From: Botryllus schlosseri
Taxonomy: Eukaryota
Assembly: GCA_051294905.1 (NCBI GenBank)
Contig: CM119371.1
Coordinates: 40,736,001-40,800,000, forward strand
Length of the DNA: 64,000 bases
Direction of reading: 5' to 3'
Shown: positions 12,733 through 27,100 of the stretch, in pieces
Layout of the letters: each line of letters begins with the position of its first letter
How positions within the stretch are numbered: the first letter of the stretch is position 1
Notes under the pieces: generated by a model
What the model was told of the DNA's origin: nothing
What the model saw: only the letters and a program-made list of their open reading frames with translations
The model's database searches: none
Translations under genes and position numbers: made by a program

Positions 12733-14898
12733 TAGGGGTGTTCAAAAAAAGCTTTTTTTTTTCAAATTTCATCGGCTCAGTTGTCGAATCGCAAGTAACC
12801 TAAAAAAACGTTGCGCACCAAATTTGACTCAGTCCCAACCAGTAGATGCCGAGGTCACTCAAATTGCAATTTCGGTCATTTTTGAAATAATAGTAGTTCC
12901 AGGTATGCCTGAAGTGGTAGGCATGTATTTTCCACTTGCCTTCATCTGGACAAGGGCCTATGGTGGGGTTTGAACAGGGTTGTCATGACTTGACTCGAAT
13001 CCGGCTCGAGTCACGATTTTCTGATGACTTGACTTGACTCGAGTCATTTTGTCAAAGTTAGAAAATGACTCAACTCCACTCGAGTCACTGTGCATTGACT
13101 CAACTTGGACTAGAGTCATTGCGTATGACTCGAGACGCAGACGGCCAGTCAGCCAAGACCGATATTTCATTGTTAATTTCGAAAATAGTTAAGTAACCAC
13201 ACCATTGGGATTTCGCCTATTGGTAGTGGTACTTGAAAATGAGACCAGAAACTGCTAAAAGTGAGAAAAATTAGTATATTATAAATGCGAACCACTCGGT
13301 ATCATCAAACAGAGTTATAAAATGTGGGTTTAACAAGATTTTAACAGGTAACTGAGCAGTCAACAAAATGACTTGGACTCGACTCGAGTCATAATACTGT
13401 GACTCGGACTTGACTCGGTGATGACTTGAAAATGACTCGACTTGACTCAAGTCAAAACTGTAAATGTGAGATTGACTTGTGACTCGGAGCCTTGTGACTT
13501 GGTTACAACCCTGCGTTTGGATGAAGACATCGTCAGTAAACGAAAAAAGATATGACACAGATTACCTGAAAATTGGTCCACTTCATTGAAATCGACATGT
13601 TGAAAAGATAGTGAGATGATTTTGAAATAGAGTACTTTACACACTGAAATTACCGACCACGAAAAGGAAATGAACTGACAAGCAGGTAAAATACGGGTAA
13701 ATATATTTCTCAAGTGATAGTCAAGAAGTATATTTTGTCGGACCAATTTAGATTTCACGAAATCTATCCCAGTTATGCAAGACATACCGATGTCTCTCCG
13801 CCTTGATTCAAAGTTTTTATTGATTGCAAAGTCGCCATTCCCAAAATCTCATCCACAGAGACTTCAGTTGCATTCCTCAGCAGCTCCGTGTTCGAAAATC
13901 TCTCTGCTACTTGACATTAACTGATCCAGGGCGTTAAAAATGGTGCTGATTGTAATTCAGAATGGGTTATGCTACTGAATAGTATGTATGAGTAGAAAAA
14001 ACATTTCTGATACTTCACATAAGCGTTGATACTAGAGCTTTTTTATATGTGCTCGAAGCTTTGCGAGATTCAAGGAAACCAAATGGTAACCCAATGAGCT
14101 TATAAAGCACATTAGTCATTTTCTGGTCTTTCGATATCACCTGGGCCTCCTTGTCATAGAGTAATAAAAAGCATTGGTGTTTTACCACCATCTACGGATA
14201 CAATTAGATGGTAATAACCGAATATGGAGGATGACATGAAGAGAGGTCAAATTTTTGATAGGGAGAAGATATGTCACGATGCCCATTAGTCTTATCATTC
14301 ACCTGTGATATAGTACTATAGAAGTGCTGCAGAGCAAATAATAAAATATCAAATGGTATCGTGAAGAAATCTACATTGGACCGACAAAGATAATAGATAT
14401 TGACTATCACTTGAGAAATATATTTACCTGTATTTTACGTGCTTATTGTCAGTTCATGTCCTTTTCGTGGCCGTTAATTTTAGTGTCTAAAGTACTCTAT
14501 TTAAATATCTTCTCACCATCGTTTTAAGGTGTCTATTTCAATGAAGTGGACCAATTTCCAGGTAATCCGTGCCATATCTTTTTTTCGTTTACTGGCGATG
14601 TCTTCATCCAAACCCCACCATAAGCCCTTGTCAAGATCAAAACAAGTGGAAAATACATCCCTGCCACTTCAGGCACACCTGGAACACGATTTTTGGTCAT
14701 GTCGGTGTGACGAAATTGGTCACCGTAAGTAGGCCCTACTATTATTTCAAAAATGACCGAAATTTCAATTTGTCTGACCTCGGCTTCTACTGGTGGGAAT
14801 TGAGTCAAATTTGGTATGCAACGTTTTTTTAGGTAACCTGACGATTTGACAAACAAGCCGATGAAATTTGAAAAAAATTTTTTTTTTCAACATCCCTA
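12733..14898. mobile_element. Non-autonomous hAT-type element with roughly 500-bp TIRs
   Basis: TAGGGGTGTTCAAAAAAA...TTTTTTTCAACATCCCTA termini with 8-bp TSD TTGGAGAC/TTTGAGAC. 12733-12974 plus 13514-13760 is the reverse complement of about 14360-14898. Confidence 0.85.
12975..13513. mobile_element. Nested hAT-type MITE rich in GACTC/GAGTC motifs
   Basis: CAGGGTTGT...ACAACCCTG termini with TSD GGTTTGAA/CGTTTGGA, matching the empty site GGTTTGGA in the right TIR of the host element. Related fragments at about 25950-26090 and 39857-39975. Confidence 0.85.
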
Positions 14899-15355
14899 TT
14901 TGAGACGCAAGATGAGGAGGTATTGACAGCACAATTTTTAACTGAAAAATCCATCTCAATGAACTGTGCAACGTATCTTTATTGGAAATTTAAAATTAAA
15001 TATTTGATATGTTTTTCCCAATAAAAATAGTATAACTTGAGATTCCGAAACACCATATCAACTCTACTTGAATTGCAACGGAAAGTCATTCCGTGCAGAT
15101 CTGAAACACGTATGCACGTATGCTCACGAAACACCTCGAATTATGCTCGATTCAGGCGCGCATAAGAAATCGGTCTATTCCTGATATCTGTTATATAGTT
15201 AGACCATGAATACTTGATGACCTACTTGTGGAAAAAGTATGGATAAAAGTAGATTTAAATAGGATAAAAGAACTGGCTATCCACAATGTAATGCTCAAGT
15301 TTTAAAGCAAACTTGAAACTGTATATTTATGAGAAGAAAATTATCAGTAACTGAC

Positions 15356-15511
15356 CTTTTCCAATTTGCAATCTGATAACTGCCGCAAGTCATTCTGCTT
15401 GGCCAACAGTTGTCGTTGTTCGTCAAATTTGATAAATTGTGCATCGAAAAGTATCCGGAGAAATACCACGTCAGCTACGTAATCAACCCGGTCGATAGAC
15501 AGAGTTGACTT
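15356..15511 (-). CDS. Putative internal exon of the NLR-like gene (KSTLSIDRVDYVADVVFLRILF...DCKLEK)
   Basis: Good acceptor attttcacag|, 156-bp open phase 0-0, donor AAG|gtcagt. Confidence 0.6.
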
Positions 15512-16810
15512 CTGTGAAAATATTGTCAGTTACATCACATCCTACGTACGAGTCATTCTCAGAGATACGATCACTCATGAGAGAATATTGTCATTACATA
15601 TAGCCGCTGCAGGCAAGGGGATGAGATCTCGTTATCAGAACATAGCTTGCCAAACGAGTCGTTTGAAATTGCGCACACGAACCACGCAACCGCTACATGA
15701 ATTATATTGACTGAGACGTTATTGGAAATATATCAGCTCCCTCCATATCTATTTTCCGCGAAGTATCACCAAATTCTCGACTCTCCGTAAAAACAATCAC
15801 TGAATTTCTTCGTCATGGTCTCTCTCTCTCTTATTGGAAGTACATAATACTTGTTCTTTGCAAACTGTAAATGGCGAAAAGTAAGTTAGTAGGTCACAAA
15901 ATATGACAAAGTACAAGTAGAAGTAGAGCGGCGGAAATTTCATTTACTTGAGTGAGTACTGCAAGTAGAGGTAGATACTTGAGTACTTGGAAAAAGTAGA
16001 AGTTCCACCTCTGGATTTTAATTAATAGAATACTCCCAATCATCCTTTCATTGTACCACACGGTTATTTAAATAAAGTAAAGTCGACCAAAGTTTGATGA
16101 AAGGTGTTTTGAATTGAGTGAAATTAAATACCCGACTTCAAATCGCAGCCTTCTCTCGGGTATGACCTGATGATGATATTGTCAACTACTGCTTACGCCA
16201 TAATAACGCTCATAATAACGTCATAAGCTACCGCCTGGCTATACTACACCGTGAATCCATTGCTGTACGTGACTATTGTGTTGCTTTACAGCTTTGTAGT
16301 GAAGTCAGTGAAATGAAAAAAGATCTGATCATCAGCATGAACCCGGTAATATAAAATAATAAATTTTATTTTGCCCTTGGGTCTGGAACCCCCCTCAAAA
16401 TCAGCGCTGAATTTTGCATTGTGATGGAGTTCGGCATTGTGACACACCAATGCTGCCTGGCTCTTGCTTCCGAGCTGCAGTATCATTTGTCAGCCAACAT
16501 TGTTGCGCCACAATGCCCAACTACAACACTAAAACACAATGTTTTAGAGGGGTACCAGTGCCATGGGCAAAATAAAACTAATATTTTCGTAATGGGTACA
16601 GCAGTAGATTTCCATTGGTACACGTTTTATCAAATTTCCCACTCGACAAACCGCTCAAAATTGACCTTAGATTGCCTTTGGTCAAATGGAATGGATAAAA
16701 TAGCCCAAATGCAGTGGGCCATTCAATGTCACTGTGTCCACACCATATATAGGTCACTATGGTAAATTGAGCAAAGATCCGATCATTAGTAATGATGTAA
16801 TCATTCCAAC

Positions 16811-16909
16811 CTTGATGGCAAAGTGACCGCTAACAGGGCCAGTTATCTCGATGACATCTTCTCCGTTCTTCAAATCAAAACCCAATCCTACTGAAGACAG
16901 CTTGACAAC
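16811..16909 (-). CDS. Putative internal exon of the NLR-like gene (VVKLSSVGLGFDLKNGEDVIEITGPVSGHFAIK)
   Basis: Acceptor aattttcag|, 99-bp open phase 0-0, donor AAG|gttgga. Confidence 0.5.
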
Positions 16910-17244
16910 CTGAAAATTGTTCAGAAACTGGAGTATTCCATCATCCAAAAAATATTGTGACGTCATATCAGACATACAGTGATGACTACAGCATCGGAAT
17001 ACGTCACCGACACGGTTCACTGATTTAGCAAAAGCAATCGGTGAAAATTCTGCGTAATAAGCCAAAAGTCCCACTGGTTAATAGAGTTGACTTGTAACTA
17101 AACTGTAAGCACCGCAAACGGTATTCCAGCATTTACACTAATTTCCGAGACATTTTTCAGGGATTTTCGTCTTTATAATCGGCACACGAAATAGGACAGT
17201 TTGTGATTGTGAGCATGTATATAGGTAATTAATTAGATATATAT

Positions 17245-17835
17245 AAGGGTAGTTTGAAAATAACTTTTTTTTCGGATCCCCGGGATTCACTGATTACATC
17301 GTTAGGTTGCCGAAAAAAACGCTGCACACTAAATTTGGCTCAATTCCTACCAGTAGAGGCCGACGCAGAGACAGTTGAAATTTATTATTTCAAATAATAA
17401 TTACTGTAATCCTCGTGAAATTGTTGAGTTGTCTACGAAAACGATGCAAAACAAATTTGACGTAACTCCAACCCATAGAAGCCAAGTTATTCGAGTTTTT
17501 CAATAATAATTTTCGGTTTTCCACCGACAATGCTATTTTTGCAAATTCAAAACTTTCAACTGCAATAATTTTGCATTTGTCAGTTGGAATATAGCAACAA
17601 TTGTCATTTTTCGTTCTTTTAGGCAACTGAACAATTTTATGGAGTTGGCAGTAAAAGTTGAAAAATTAATTTTTCAAGTTTGGTATAATAAGTTCAAGAT
17701 TTCAATTGGCTCTGCGTCGGCTTATACTGGTTGTCATCGAGCCAAATTGGGTGTGCAGCGATTATTTAACCAACCTAACAATTTAATCAGTGAATCCCAG
17801 GAATCTGGAAAAAAAGTTATTTTTGAACAATCCTA
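17245..17835. mobile_element. Palindromic MITE of the same family as 12733-14898 and 21716-22338
   Basis: Arms 17255-17370 and 17705-17835 are inverted copies (TGCACAC.AAATTTGGCTC / GAGCCAAATTGGGTGTGCA). Confidence 0.7.
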
Positions 17836-19688
17836 ATGTATAGGCCTATAATATTGTATGCATGTATTATGAGCAGACCTGATATGGCATGATAGTGACT
17901 TCTACTTACACTGTTATTATCGGCAAACAATTTGCGGATGCGATGTCAGAGCTCACTCTAGAATTGCCGCGCTCCCAGTAATGTTGCTTGTTACCAAAGG
18001 TAGTCGGTGACGAAGTACTTCTACTTTTTGAAGTACACGAGTCGTTTTCGACTACTTCTAGTACTTACTCAAATATTTTACTGCTTCCACTTCTACTTCA
18101 TATTAGTTTGCGACTTACTTACTTTTCACTCTTTACAGTTTGTGAATTAAATGATTATATTATCACAATAGAGAGAGAGAGAGAGAAGGAGACTAAAAAA
18201 ATTTAGCGACGTTTTTTGCCGAGCATCAAAAATAATTTACGCATGACAAAAGTTCAAAAACTTGGGATTGTTTGTCGTGCTTTGAGCAAAATAGATATGG
18301 AGCGACAGGAATGTTTTCATGGAACTGTTGGTCAATATCATTTAGGTAGGTTCATTTCATAACATACTTTCGCCTATATGACACGTTTCATCACAGAAGA
18401 TATGGCTCAGAAAAAATATTCCGAACAATCTCATCGTAATTTTGCATTCTAGCCGTACAGCATGTGTTCAAACAGGGAAGAAGTGGTCCTTGACTTTTTA
18501 ACGCTAGACCGTTGTGCGGCAACCACCGTTGAAACCGTCTGAAACCTGTTTTAAATATTACAGTTGAATTTCTCTTCATGCACGGTATCATTAGAGTTGG
18601 TATTTTAATTAATCTTAGTTCTTTTGTCCTAAACACATGCACGTAGAAGTGTAATATTACGAAGTAAAGTTGAACGTGAATGGCATTTTACGATCTACCA
18701 TATTGTTGTTTCACGTAACAATCATCGCGCAAATCGGTAAATTCGTTTCTGATACAACTCCGTAGTGCTTTCGCCTCAACTGCAGGCCTTATAATACATA
18801 CATTACTCCATTACATTATCTGAAATCGAGCTCTGGGGCAAACAAAAGCTGAGAGCCGCTTCTCTGAAACAAAACTATCATTTGCATCCCATGACGTGGC
18901 CTATTTCTTATGTTAGGAAACTTTGTACTGAGCAGCACGAATCCAGCTCTCTGTACCATTCCAAGGGCCCAATTTCCGGCTTTTGTCAGCCAATGACAGC
19001 GTATTTACGACAGCTTCTCACAACTACTTACTTAATTGCTTAATTTAGTAGATTTTAGTGTCGCTACTCCTAATTCTACTTTGACGCAGTTTTAGGATGC
19101 TTAAAAAAGGACTACTTTTACTTGTACTCCAGTAAATTGTAGCTTCGCTACTTCTACTCCTACTTGAGTAGATTACTTGACTGCATTGACCACCTCTGCT
19201 TGTTACTCGCGCAGTGCATTTTGCAGCGGCACGTGGCGTTGGAACACGCAACTGCGACATAATTTGTAACAAATATTGATGCCCAGATTCTGAATTCATG
19301 CGAGTTGCCAATAAACTTGATCGCCGACTAACTGGCAGGTTTCGAGAACGCCAATATCGAACTTCAATCAATTGTGTATTCAGTAGAAAGCTGATTTCAG
19401 TGTTTAGGTCTCGACATGCGCTAAGCGCTCGAATTGCTGCCGCTACTCTACGTATCTCGCCATTTCACTGTTAAATTCAGTTGCATGGCTCGATATTGAT
19501 GAGACATGTGAGTATGAAAACATCAAATCGACGGTAAATGAATGCTGATGGCATGTAGCAAAACGCCTTCTCTAGCGACTATGACGTCACGGATCATGAG
19601 TGATTGTGACGTCACAAATCGCCGCATACCCACATGAAATTACGCCTACACTTGTTAGTACGCAACTAAATCTTAGAATCGCGCTCAC

Positions 19689-19793
19689 TTCCCAATCCAA
19701 ATTCCCAGATAGCGACTCAATCCAAAGATGTCCAAGTAATGAACGCAGTGCTGTTGATGAGAAATTGTTGCCTCTCAAATTCACATCTTTCAC
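19689..19793 (-). CDS. LRR exon of the NLR-like gene (VKDVNLRGNNFSSTALRSLLGHLWIESLSGNLDWE)
   Basis: Acceptor tcgtttcag|, LRR signature xxLxLxxNxF (VKDVNLRGNNF), 105 bp phase 0-0, donor GAA|gtgagc. Confidence 0.75.
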
Positions 19794-20516
19794 CTGAAAC
19801 GATGGAAACATAATATAAGTGTTGATCGAAACCAGTGAAAGTCAGTTTGAAATCAAATCATCAGCGCCGAAATACGAAGTAACTGAGCCGTAATATACTC
19901 GAATTACTAATATGGGATCTTCGATATAGCCTACGTTACAAGTCCATATCTCAAAGGTGGTGATGTGAGCGATTGTCAGATATTAAAATCTCCATTGTGA
20001 CTAAGGTCATGTAGCGATATCATGCAAATTCATTACCGTTATAATTGGAATAATTTCGAAATTCACATTGGCTTGCCTATGTAAACAATTTCAAGAATAG
20101 GAGTCGATTCCAGATTTACATAATTGTGCGTGTGATCCGCAATCCGCAATCCCATACGTATTGAACGATCAGAAAAAATGGGTCATACTGGAGATAACTA
20201 GAGAAATTTAGACCAACATTCTTGCGAAAATGATTCGACTCAGAGAGTAATGTTATTATGATACAGCAATGTGTTAAAAAAATACCCACATGGCACTGCG
20301 AGGAACGAAAGTCAATGCTCACATTAAAATGATTTTGTAAAGACACCAGCAACATTAATATAAAATAGGTCTACGACAGAAGATGGGAAAGTAGAGATTC
20401 CCCGATGAAATCAAACCAAAGAATCAATTTCATCAAATACACTGTCGTGGGGCACAAGGCCTGAACTGGCGATAATCGACACTGTTGTTGATGCATTGTA
20501 ATATTATTATTATTAC

Positions 20517-21409
20517 CAGGGGTCAGCAGCTCTCAGCCCGCCAATTGTTTCGCCCTGGCCCGGATTCAGTTGCACATGTAAGACGTTTGCGAGAAATCCA
20601 ACCTGATATGTCAGTGGTTCTCAAACTTTTTTGGACACGCCACCCTTGATGGATTTTGCCATTTAGTAATCGTCCAATATCAGCGGACCGTATTAGGTTA
20701 CGGTGAAAACAAGACTTATATTACGACGCATCAAAACCGATAGCAATTATGCTAATAAAACCAATGTGTACATTAATATCATAGCCGCTCGAAGCGCGAA
20801 ATTTTAAGGTAATGCATGAATTCCGTCAATAATAGTGGTATTTGCATATATTGCGGGTCGCCTCTGTATACCACTGAGCTCATTTGGCAAGGACCGGATT
20901 ATTCGGGGCCGGGGCATATCAATATCGAAGATTTCGGCGTACATGCGCCAATCATTTTGTGCCAAGGTTTCATCGCCGACGATCTTTCTGCAAGTATAGA
21001 CGCGAAGTCGCATGTTGGACGACAGGCTCTATCATAATTGCGACTAAAGCTAGACTCAATTCTGTAAATTGGGCGTATTTCAAATTTTAGGATGGGAACC
21101 AATATACTAAAAGCATGTAATCGAGTGACAACAAATCACAAGCACTAAGTTGAATATCTTTTTCGTGGTCATATAAGAAGATCTATGAAAAATGTGGCAG
21201 GGCACTGCCTACGCCAATGCGTTGGAGCTGATATTTTAGTCAGCAACATTTTGTATGTCCCGGTCAGGCTAATCAAGCTTTTGGTTGGCATTGCAAGTTA
21301 AAAATAAATTTCATGGGTAATTTACTTTTTCGATATTATAACTAATATCGAGAATAACCTCGCTGGCCACTCAAAATATCCTCGGGGGGCCACGGGTTGG
21401 TCGTCCCTG
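20517..21409. mobile_element. Degenerate, probably composite hAT-type element
   Basis: CAGGGGTCAGCA start and GGTTGGTCGTCCCTG end, with an internal second hAT end CAGTGGTTCTCAAAC at about 20612. TSD not convincing. Confidence 0.5.
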
Positions 21410-21715
21410 CTATAGACGGACTAATATTTATCAGCTAGGTGAATCGAGCGGAGCATGAAAAAAAATTCAATCTAGTGTCTAGTAACTTCTATTTACGAAC
21501 TTGGACTTGTGTCAAGCGTATACATGACCATAAGCAAAATCAAAACCCCATGGTGCGGCCATGTTTTAAGCCACTTTGATTTATATCCTCATTTCAAATA
21601 TCCAAAAGACTTGTTTAAATCATGGCATATGGCACGAGCCTATAAGTAAATATATTATTTCTCCATACCGTAACGTTGTGTCTTTTTAGTTACCGGTACT
21701 ATGTTCTTTGTACAG

Positions 21716-22338
21716 TAGGGGTGTTCAAAAGTAACATTTTTTCTTCAAATTTCACGAGCTACTTGATAAAATTGTTTGGTTATCTTAAAAAAAAACTCTA
21801 CACACCAAATTTGGTACAATTCCAACCAGTAGCCGCATTGCAACAAGAGAAGAACACATATATTGAGTAAAAATTGTTTTCAATTATCTGTTCACTCCAC
21901 AAAATTGTTAGGTTGTCTACAGAAACGGTGCTCACCAAATTTGACTGAATTCCAACCAGTGCAAGCGGAGTTATTGCCGTTTAAAAATTTGGATATGATA
22001 AAATAGTAACCTGGCCAACCGTAATTTATACTATTTTATTCGAATCCCAATTTTCCAACTACAATAACTCTGCTTGCACTGGTTGGAATTCAGCCAAATT
22101 CCGCGACCATCGTTTCTGTACACAACCTAACAATATCAAGCGATGAACAGAAAATTTCAAATAAAATAAAAAATATTTTATATTATAAATAAAAATAAAA
22201 AGTTCCTTCTCTTGTAGCAAGGCAGCTACTGGTTGGAATTAAACCTAATTTGGTGTGCAGCCATTGGTTAGGTAACATATATAACAATTTTTCCATTAGC
22301 CAGCGCAATTTGAAAAAATACATTTTTAGGCACCCCCA
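21716..22338. mobile_element. hAT-type palindromic MITE
   Basis: TAGGGGTG...CACCCCCA termini, perfect 8-bp TSD TTGTACAG, internal inverted arms. Partial relatives at about 24183-24580 and 25350-25660. Confidence 0.85.
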
Positions 22339-22898
22339 TTGTACAGACAGGCTATAAAAGCACTAGGTACAAGTCTCGAAGACTTATCATCATTTTTTTA
22401 GATTATAATTTATAATCACCAATAATGACGCAACTTTCGTCACGCAAGTGTTTTTCCTAATTCAACAATACTAAATTTCCTTTAAAAAAATTAATATTAA
22501 AATAACTGTTGCAGTGACCGCCACCGAAGTATAGAAAGTAGGTTAATGTGGACATGTAGGCTACATCACAACCTCAAGATTTAACCTATTATGATTTTGA
22601 CTTTGGACTTTGAAGAGCAGGTACAGAAATTTAATATGCGATTGAATAATGTATTCACATTGACATACACCCGATTATTTTTGACTGACACTCCTTAGAA
22701 GTAATCGTCAGCAACTGGAAGAGAATGGAAAAGGACATTTATTATCGACAGTCGTATCACCAAATACACCAACGCGATATTTTCTCGGGTTAGGCTACAC
22801 GTCAAAATTTTCGACTAAATTTTTACAAGTCATAGACGTTAAGCCAGGGTATGGTGAGTATGCTGCATTTACCCTGTATTTTTCAGTAAGCCTATGCG

Positions 22899-24162
22899 CA
22901 GGCCGTGTTATTTTTGGCATATGCCAAAACTGCCAAAAATAACTTATTTTTGGCATTTTTCGATTTTTATTTTTGGCAGTTTTGGCATCGTCCTCTAAAT
23001 AGATAGTTTCAGCCTCGAATTAGTCACAAAAACGCTTTTATTGGGCTAGTTTGTCAAAAGACACCACAAAATGTGCAGTATCCATCGGAATCGGTGCCAA
23101 TAAGCAAAAAAAATAGAAAGAAAAGCCTAGCAAACACGCTCCACAGCTGATTGTCACAGCTGTTGAATAGACTTAAATCGTTTGCACTGTAGCAGTGCTT
23201 CCAAACTCAGGTCAGTTAAGTTTCTCCTATATTCATTTCTCGCCCAGCGAATCTGGGAAATATCGGCTTCAACAGTAGCCGCTGAGGGAAAGAATGTTGC
23301 CAGTCATCCGCAAAAGGTTTTCAGAGCTTCAAAAACTTTGGAGGGCCGAACCGGCTTCCATGCATCATGAAAAGAGATCACTTCGCCAGCGCCATCGATC
23401 TCATCGCGGAAATAATTCTCTTCCTGATCCTTTTCCAGGAGTTTCCTGTCTTGTCTCTCAACACATTCTATTTAGTAGCCCGACTATCATTTCTCCTTCA
23501 GTCTACCGATATATTTTCGGAGGACATTTTTTCACTTCAGGTGGCTTTAATATTACCAACTCGCATGGAAGAGTCCTGGGAAGGTTAGCTTGTTTAAGAA
23601 CATTGACGCAACAAGACTGCCTGGCAAAACGAGACTATGCAGCTCAGAAACAGCCAGACAATTTGTTGCGTCACAATGTTCAACTCGATCACAATGCCAA
23701 AATCGTGGTTGGTTTCGGGAGTTCCAGTTCCATGAGCAGAATATAATTTATATTTTAATAATCGGTACTGCGGCAGCTTCTCATTGATACCCGTTTTATC
23801 AAATTCAGCGCTAGACAAGCCGGTCAAAAATGGTCGTAAAATTACCTTTGGACAAATGGAAAGTATGACGTAAACTAAATGCAGTCAGCCGTTCAATCTT
23901 GCTGTGCCCACACCATTTAGGACACCATGCTTTCACCCCTAATGGGTGGGCTGGACCCAGATTAAGAAACCGGCCTTTAACAAACGCTCTTCTCGCTTGT
24001 ACCGCGGTCCTGTTAACACAACACCATGAACAAAATACACTATTTGGCAGGCCGTGTTATTTTTGGCATATGCCAAAAATTGCTTATTTTTGGCATTTTC
24101 AAATTTTTATTTTTGGCAGTTTTGGCATCTGGCTCCTGAAATGCCAAAAATAACACGGCCTG
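22899..24162. mobile_element. Non-autonomous DNA transposon (hAT- or P-like) whose right end is itself a complete mini-element
   Basis: TIRs CAGGCCGTGTTATTTTTGGCA / TGCCAAAAATAACACGGCCTG with perfect 8-bp TSD CCTATGCG. The left-end 90 bp is repeated directly at 24048. Confidence 0.85.
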
Positions 24163-27100
24163 CCTATGCGGCATACCTACAATAGGAGTGGTGTTGAAAA
24201 ATGATTTTTTTTTAAATCGTACTGGCTACTTGACAAAATTGTTACGTTACCTAATTTAAGGCTGCACACCAAATTTGCTTCCATTCCATTCAGTAGCCGT
24301 ATTGATAAAAAAGAATAAAGTTTTGGATTTACTATATAAAAAATAAATAAAAACGATTTCAAGATTTTCTGTTGACCCGTCATGAAATTGTTGGGTTGTA
24401 TATAGACACCATGTTCAGCAAATTTGGCTCTATTTCAACCAGTCGAAGCGGAGTTAATGCAGTCAAAAAATTTGGATTTGAATGTAATAGTATTCACGAT
24501 GGCCAGTTTGAGAATTAGCCACCACAAATACTATTTTATTCAAAGCCAAATTTTTCGACTGCAATAACTTCGCTCCCACTGTCGACCCGTGGCACTTGTT
24601 AGTGCGTTACTCAGACGGCGCGATGTGCGACAATTACGTTGTCAAATATTCATGCAACAGCAAATTAAATTTTCATCGGCACAAATTCGCACCTAATGGT
24701 GTCGAAATCAATTATGGCAAGTACGGCGTATTGAAATTTGAAGCGGTTATATTTGTTATATTGACCAAGGCTTTTGTACTGTATCGAAGCAGCTCAAAAC
24801 TATTTCAAGTGGAGGTCGAATTGCTATCTTTCAAAACTACTCGAGTAAGTAAGTAGTTGTGTTTTTGGTAATAGCGCAATTAAAAATCAATTGCCCCACA
24901 TGATTCAGTTCACAGCCAGTTTGTATTTGAATGAATTCCATCCCTGTTCAATGTCTTGTGCCAGTAGGCTATGACATCACAATCACAGTAGACGCGATAG
25001 TTCCAGCAGACGTGCCATATATCATATTTCCACACAGCAGATGACAATTGTTACATTTCAGGCCTATAGAAATAGACATCTTTTTAGTATTCAGGTTTCG
25101 GTCTTGCTGACTCGCGTCGGGTCTTCTAATTACTCGCATTCGATCAATGTATTGCTGCTGATTTATTCATGTGAGCAGCAGCCTTGCGAAATACATTGCT
25201 GATTTCTAAATCGCACAATTCATTAACTAGTCAAGCAGTTACATGCGCAATGTAATTCGGGGTATGATGCATGCTCAAAAAAATTCCTAGGTATGCGCGG
25301 CACACGAATCATACCTGATTCAGCACCTGTGCCGACCACAATGAGCACTGTGGGGTTGTTCAAAAATGACTTTTTCTTTCAAATTTCACTGGCTATGTTA
25401 TACAAGTGTTATGTTGGCTAAAACAATACTGTACACCAAATTTGGTTCAATTCCAACCAGTAGAAGCAAGGTTCTTGCTGTAGAAAGTTTTGAATTTATT
25501 ACATAAAAAATACAAAAATAAAATTGAAATTTTCTGCAGACACCATAAAATTGTTACGCTGTCAGTAGAGATGATGCACACCAAATTTGACTCAATTCCA
25601 ACCAGTAAGAGCATAGTTATTGCAGTAGAAAAAATCGGATTTGGATAAAATACCCTAGTATTTACGGTAGTCTACTCTTTCATTATTTATTAGAAAATCA
25701 TAGAATTAGAAATTGAGCACTTGAGCAGTCATTAGAAGAGACATATTTAGCCTTTAGATTATTTTACTAGGCTACTATAGTTTGGGAGCTCCGATCACTT
25801 CGTTTGCGGTCAATTTATTTGTGATAGAAGAATGGAGACCCAGTAAAACGCACAATCTTTGAGTGATTGCTCAGTGCTCACGCTCCTAGGTTACACCAGC
25901 GTATCGAGAACAATCCGAATATATGCAAGATCCGTCATTTTGATAGACACCGTTACTTGACAACTTGAAATTGACTCGTAAATTTTGCTCCGAGTCACGA
26001 GTCAATCCACATTTCTGAAACGACGAGTCAAGTCAAGTCATTTTTGCAAAGTGACTCGAGTCTGACTCAATCGAGTCATCCCAACACTGCCTCTTGATAT
26101 ACATAGCCAATGCCAGTATCCGTACCACAGCCGACAACGAACTAGGGCGGTCCATACACAGCGACGCAGTGACATCTGAACGCATGTGCCTGGAAACCAG
26201 CGCGATACCGTTCGTTTTCAACCTTATCAGCTAGAAAAAGCCTAGAAGTTGGCCGTGCTACAAGTCGGCAGATACAGAAACATAATAAAGAATATCGGTC
26301 TGGCGTAAATGACTGATGCAGTCGAAAAACGTCATGATTACACGAAACTATATATAACTTGGCTGTGTCGATGTTTGAGATTCACATATCCAATCGAACG
26401 CGCAAATGGTAACTTTTCATATTTCATAGAGCAGTATCGCAGCAAGGCATACACACTCTTTTATCTTCATTTATAAACAATGATCAGGATGAAAACTGAT
26501 TACCGTGAATTATACTTGGCCAATTCGCCTTTAGTAAAGTTGAATATATTTCGAATGACAAGTGAAAACTGTGGGTGTGATCTGTGACTGGCAGCCTGGT
26601 AAACTAATTTTGCAATTTACATAAACAAGTTTGCAATTGTGGAGGAATTGAAGCGTCGCCCACAGAGTTAACATTGGTATAATATCTGTTGTGGAGACGA
26701 AAGAGTCCATCACACCAATGTGACGTCGACCAGCTTCAGATATATATATATCATATTTGAAACGGTTGCTAATTTGCTGTTCACGTCAAATATGATTTTG
26801 AAAATTGCAATCGTTCCTACAATAAACCCAAACTACCGGTAGGCCTACATCAGATTATTGCTCCTTTACGATTACCGGTACTAGATCCGTACAGTGGGGC
26901 AAAAGTTGAAAATTGTGTATGATAACTGAATCGGGAAGACGTCACAATGATGAGCTTCGATGAACTCATGATAACTCGAGAGGTGACATTGCTATTCTAA
27001 CTCAAGTTCACATACAGTACGAATGTTTTCATTTAAATTGCAATATAGTGTGAGATAAATAGCCAGTCACATAGTCAAATATCCACCGAAAAGCAAATCT

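Noticed and set aside
23294..23746. 150-aa ORF
   Set aside because: Lies inside a non-autonomous transposon, has no recognisable motifs and starts at a non-ATG codon.
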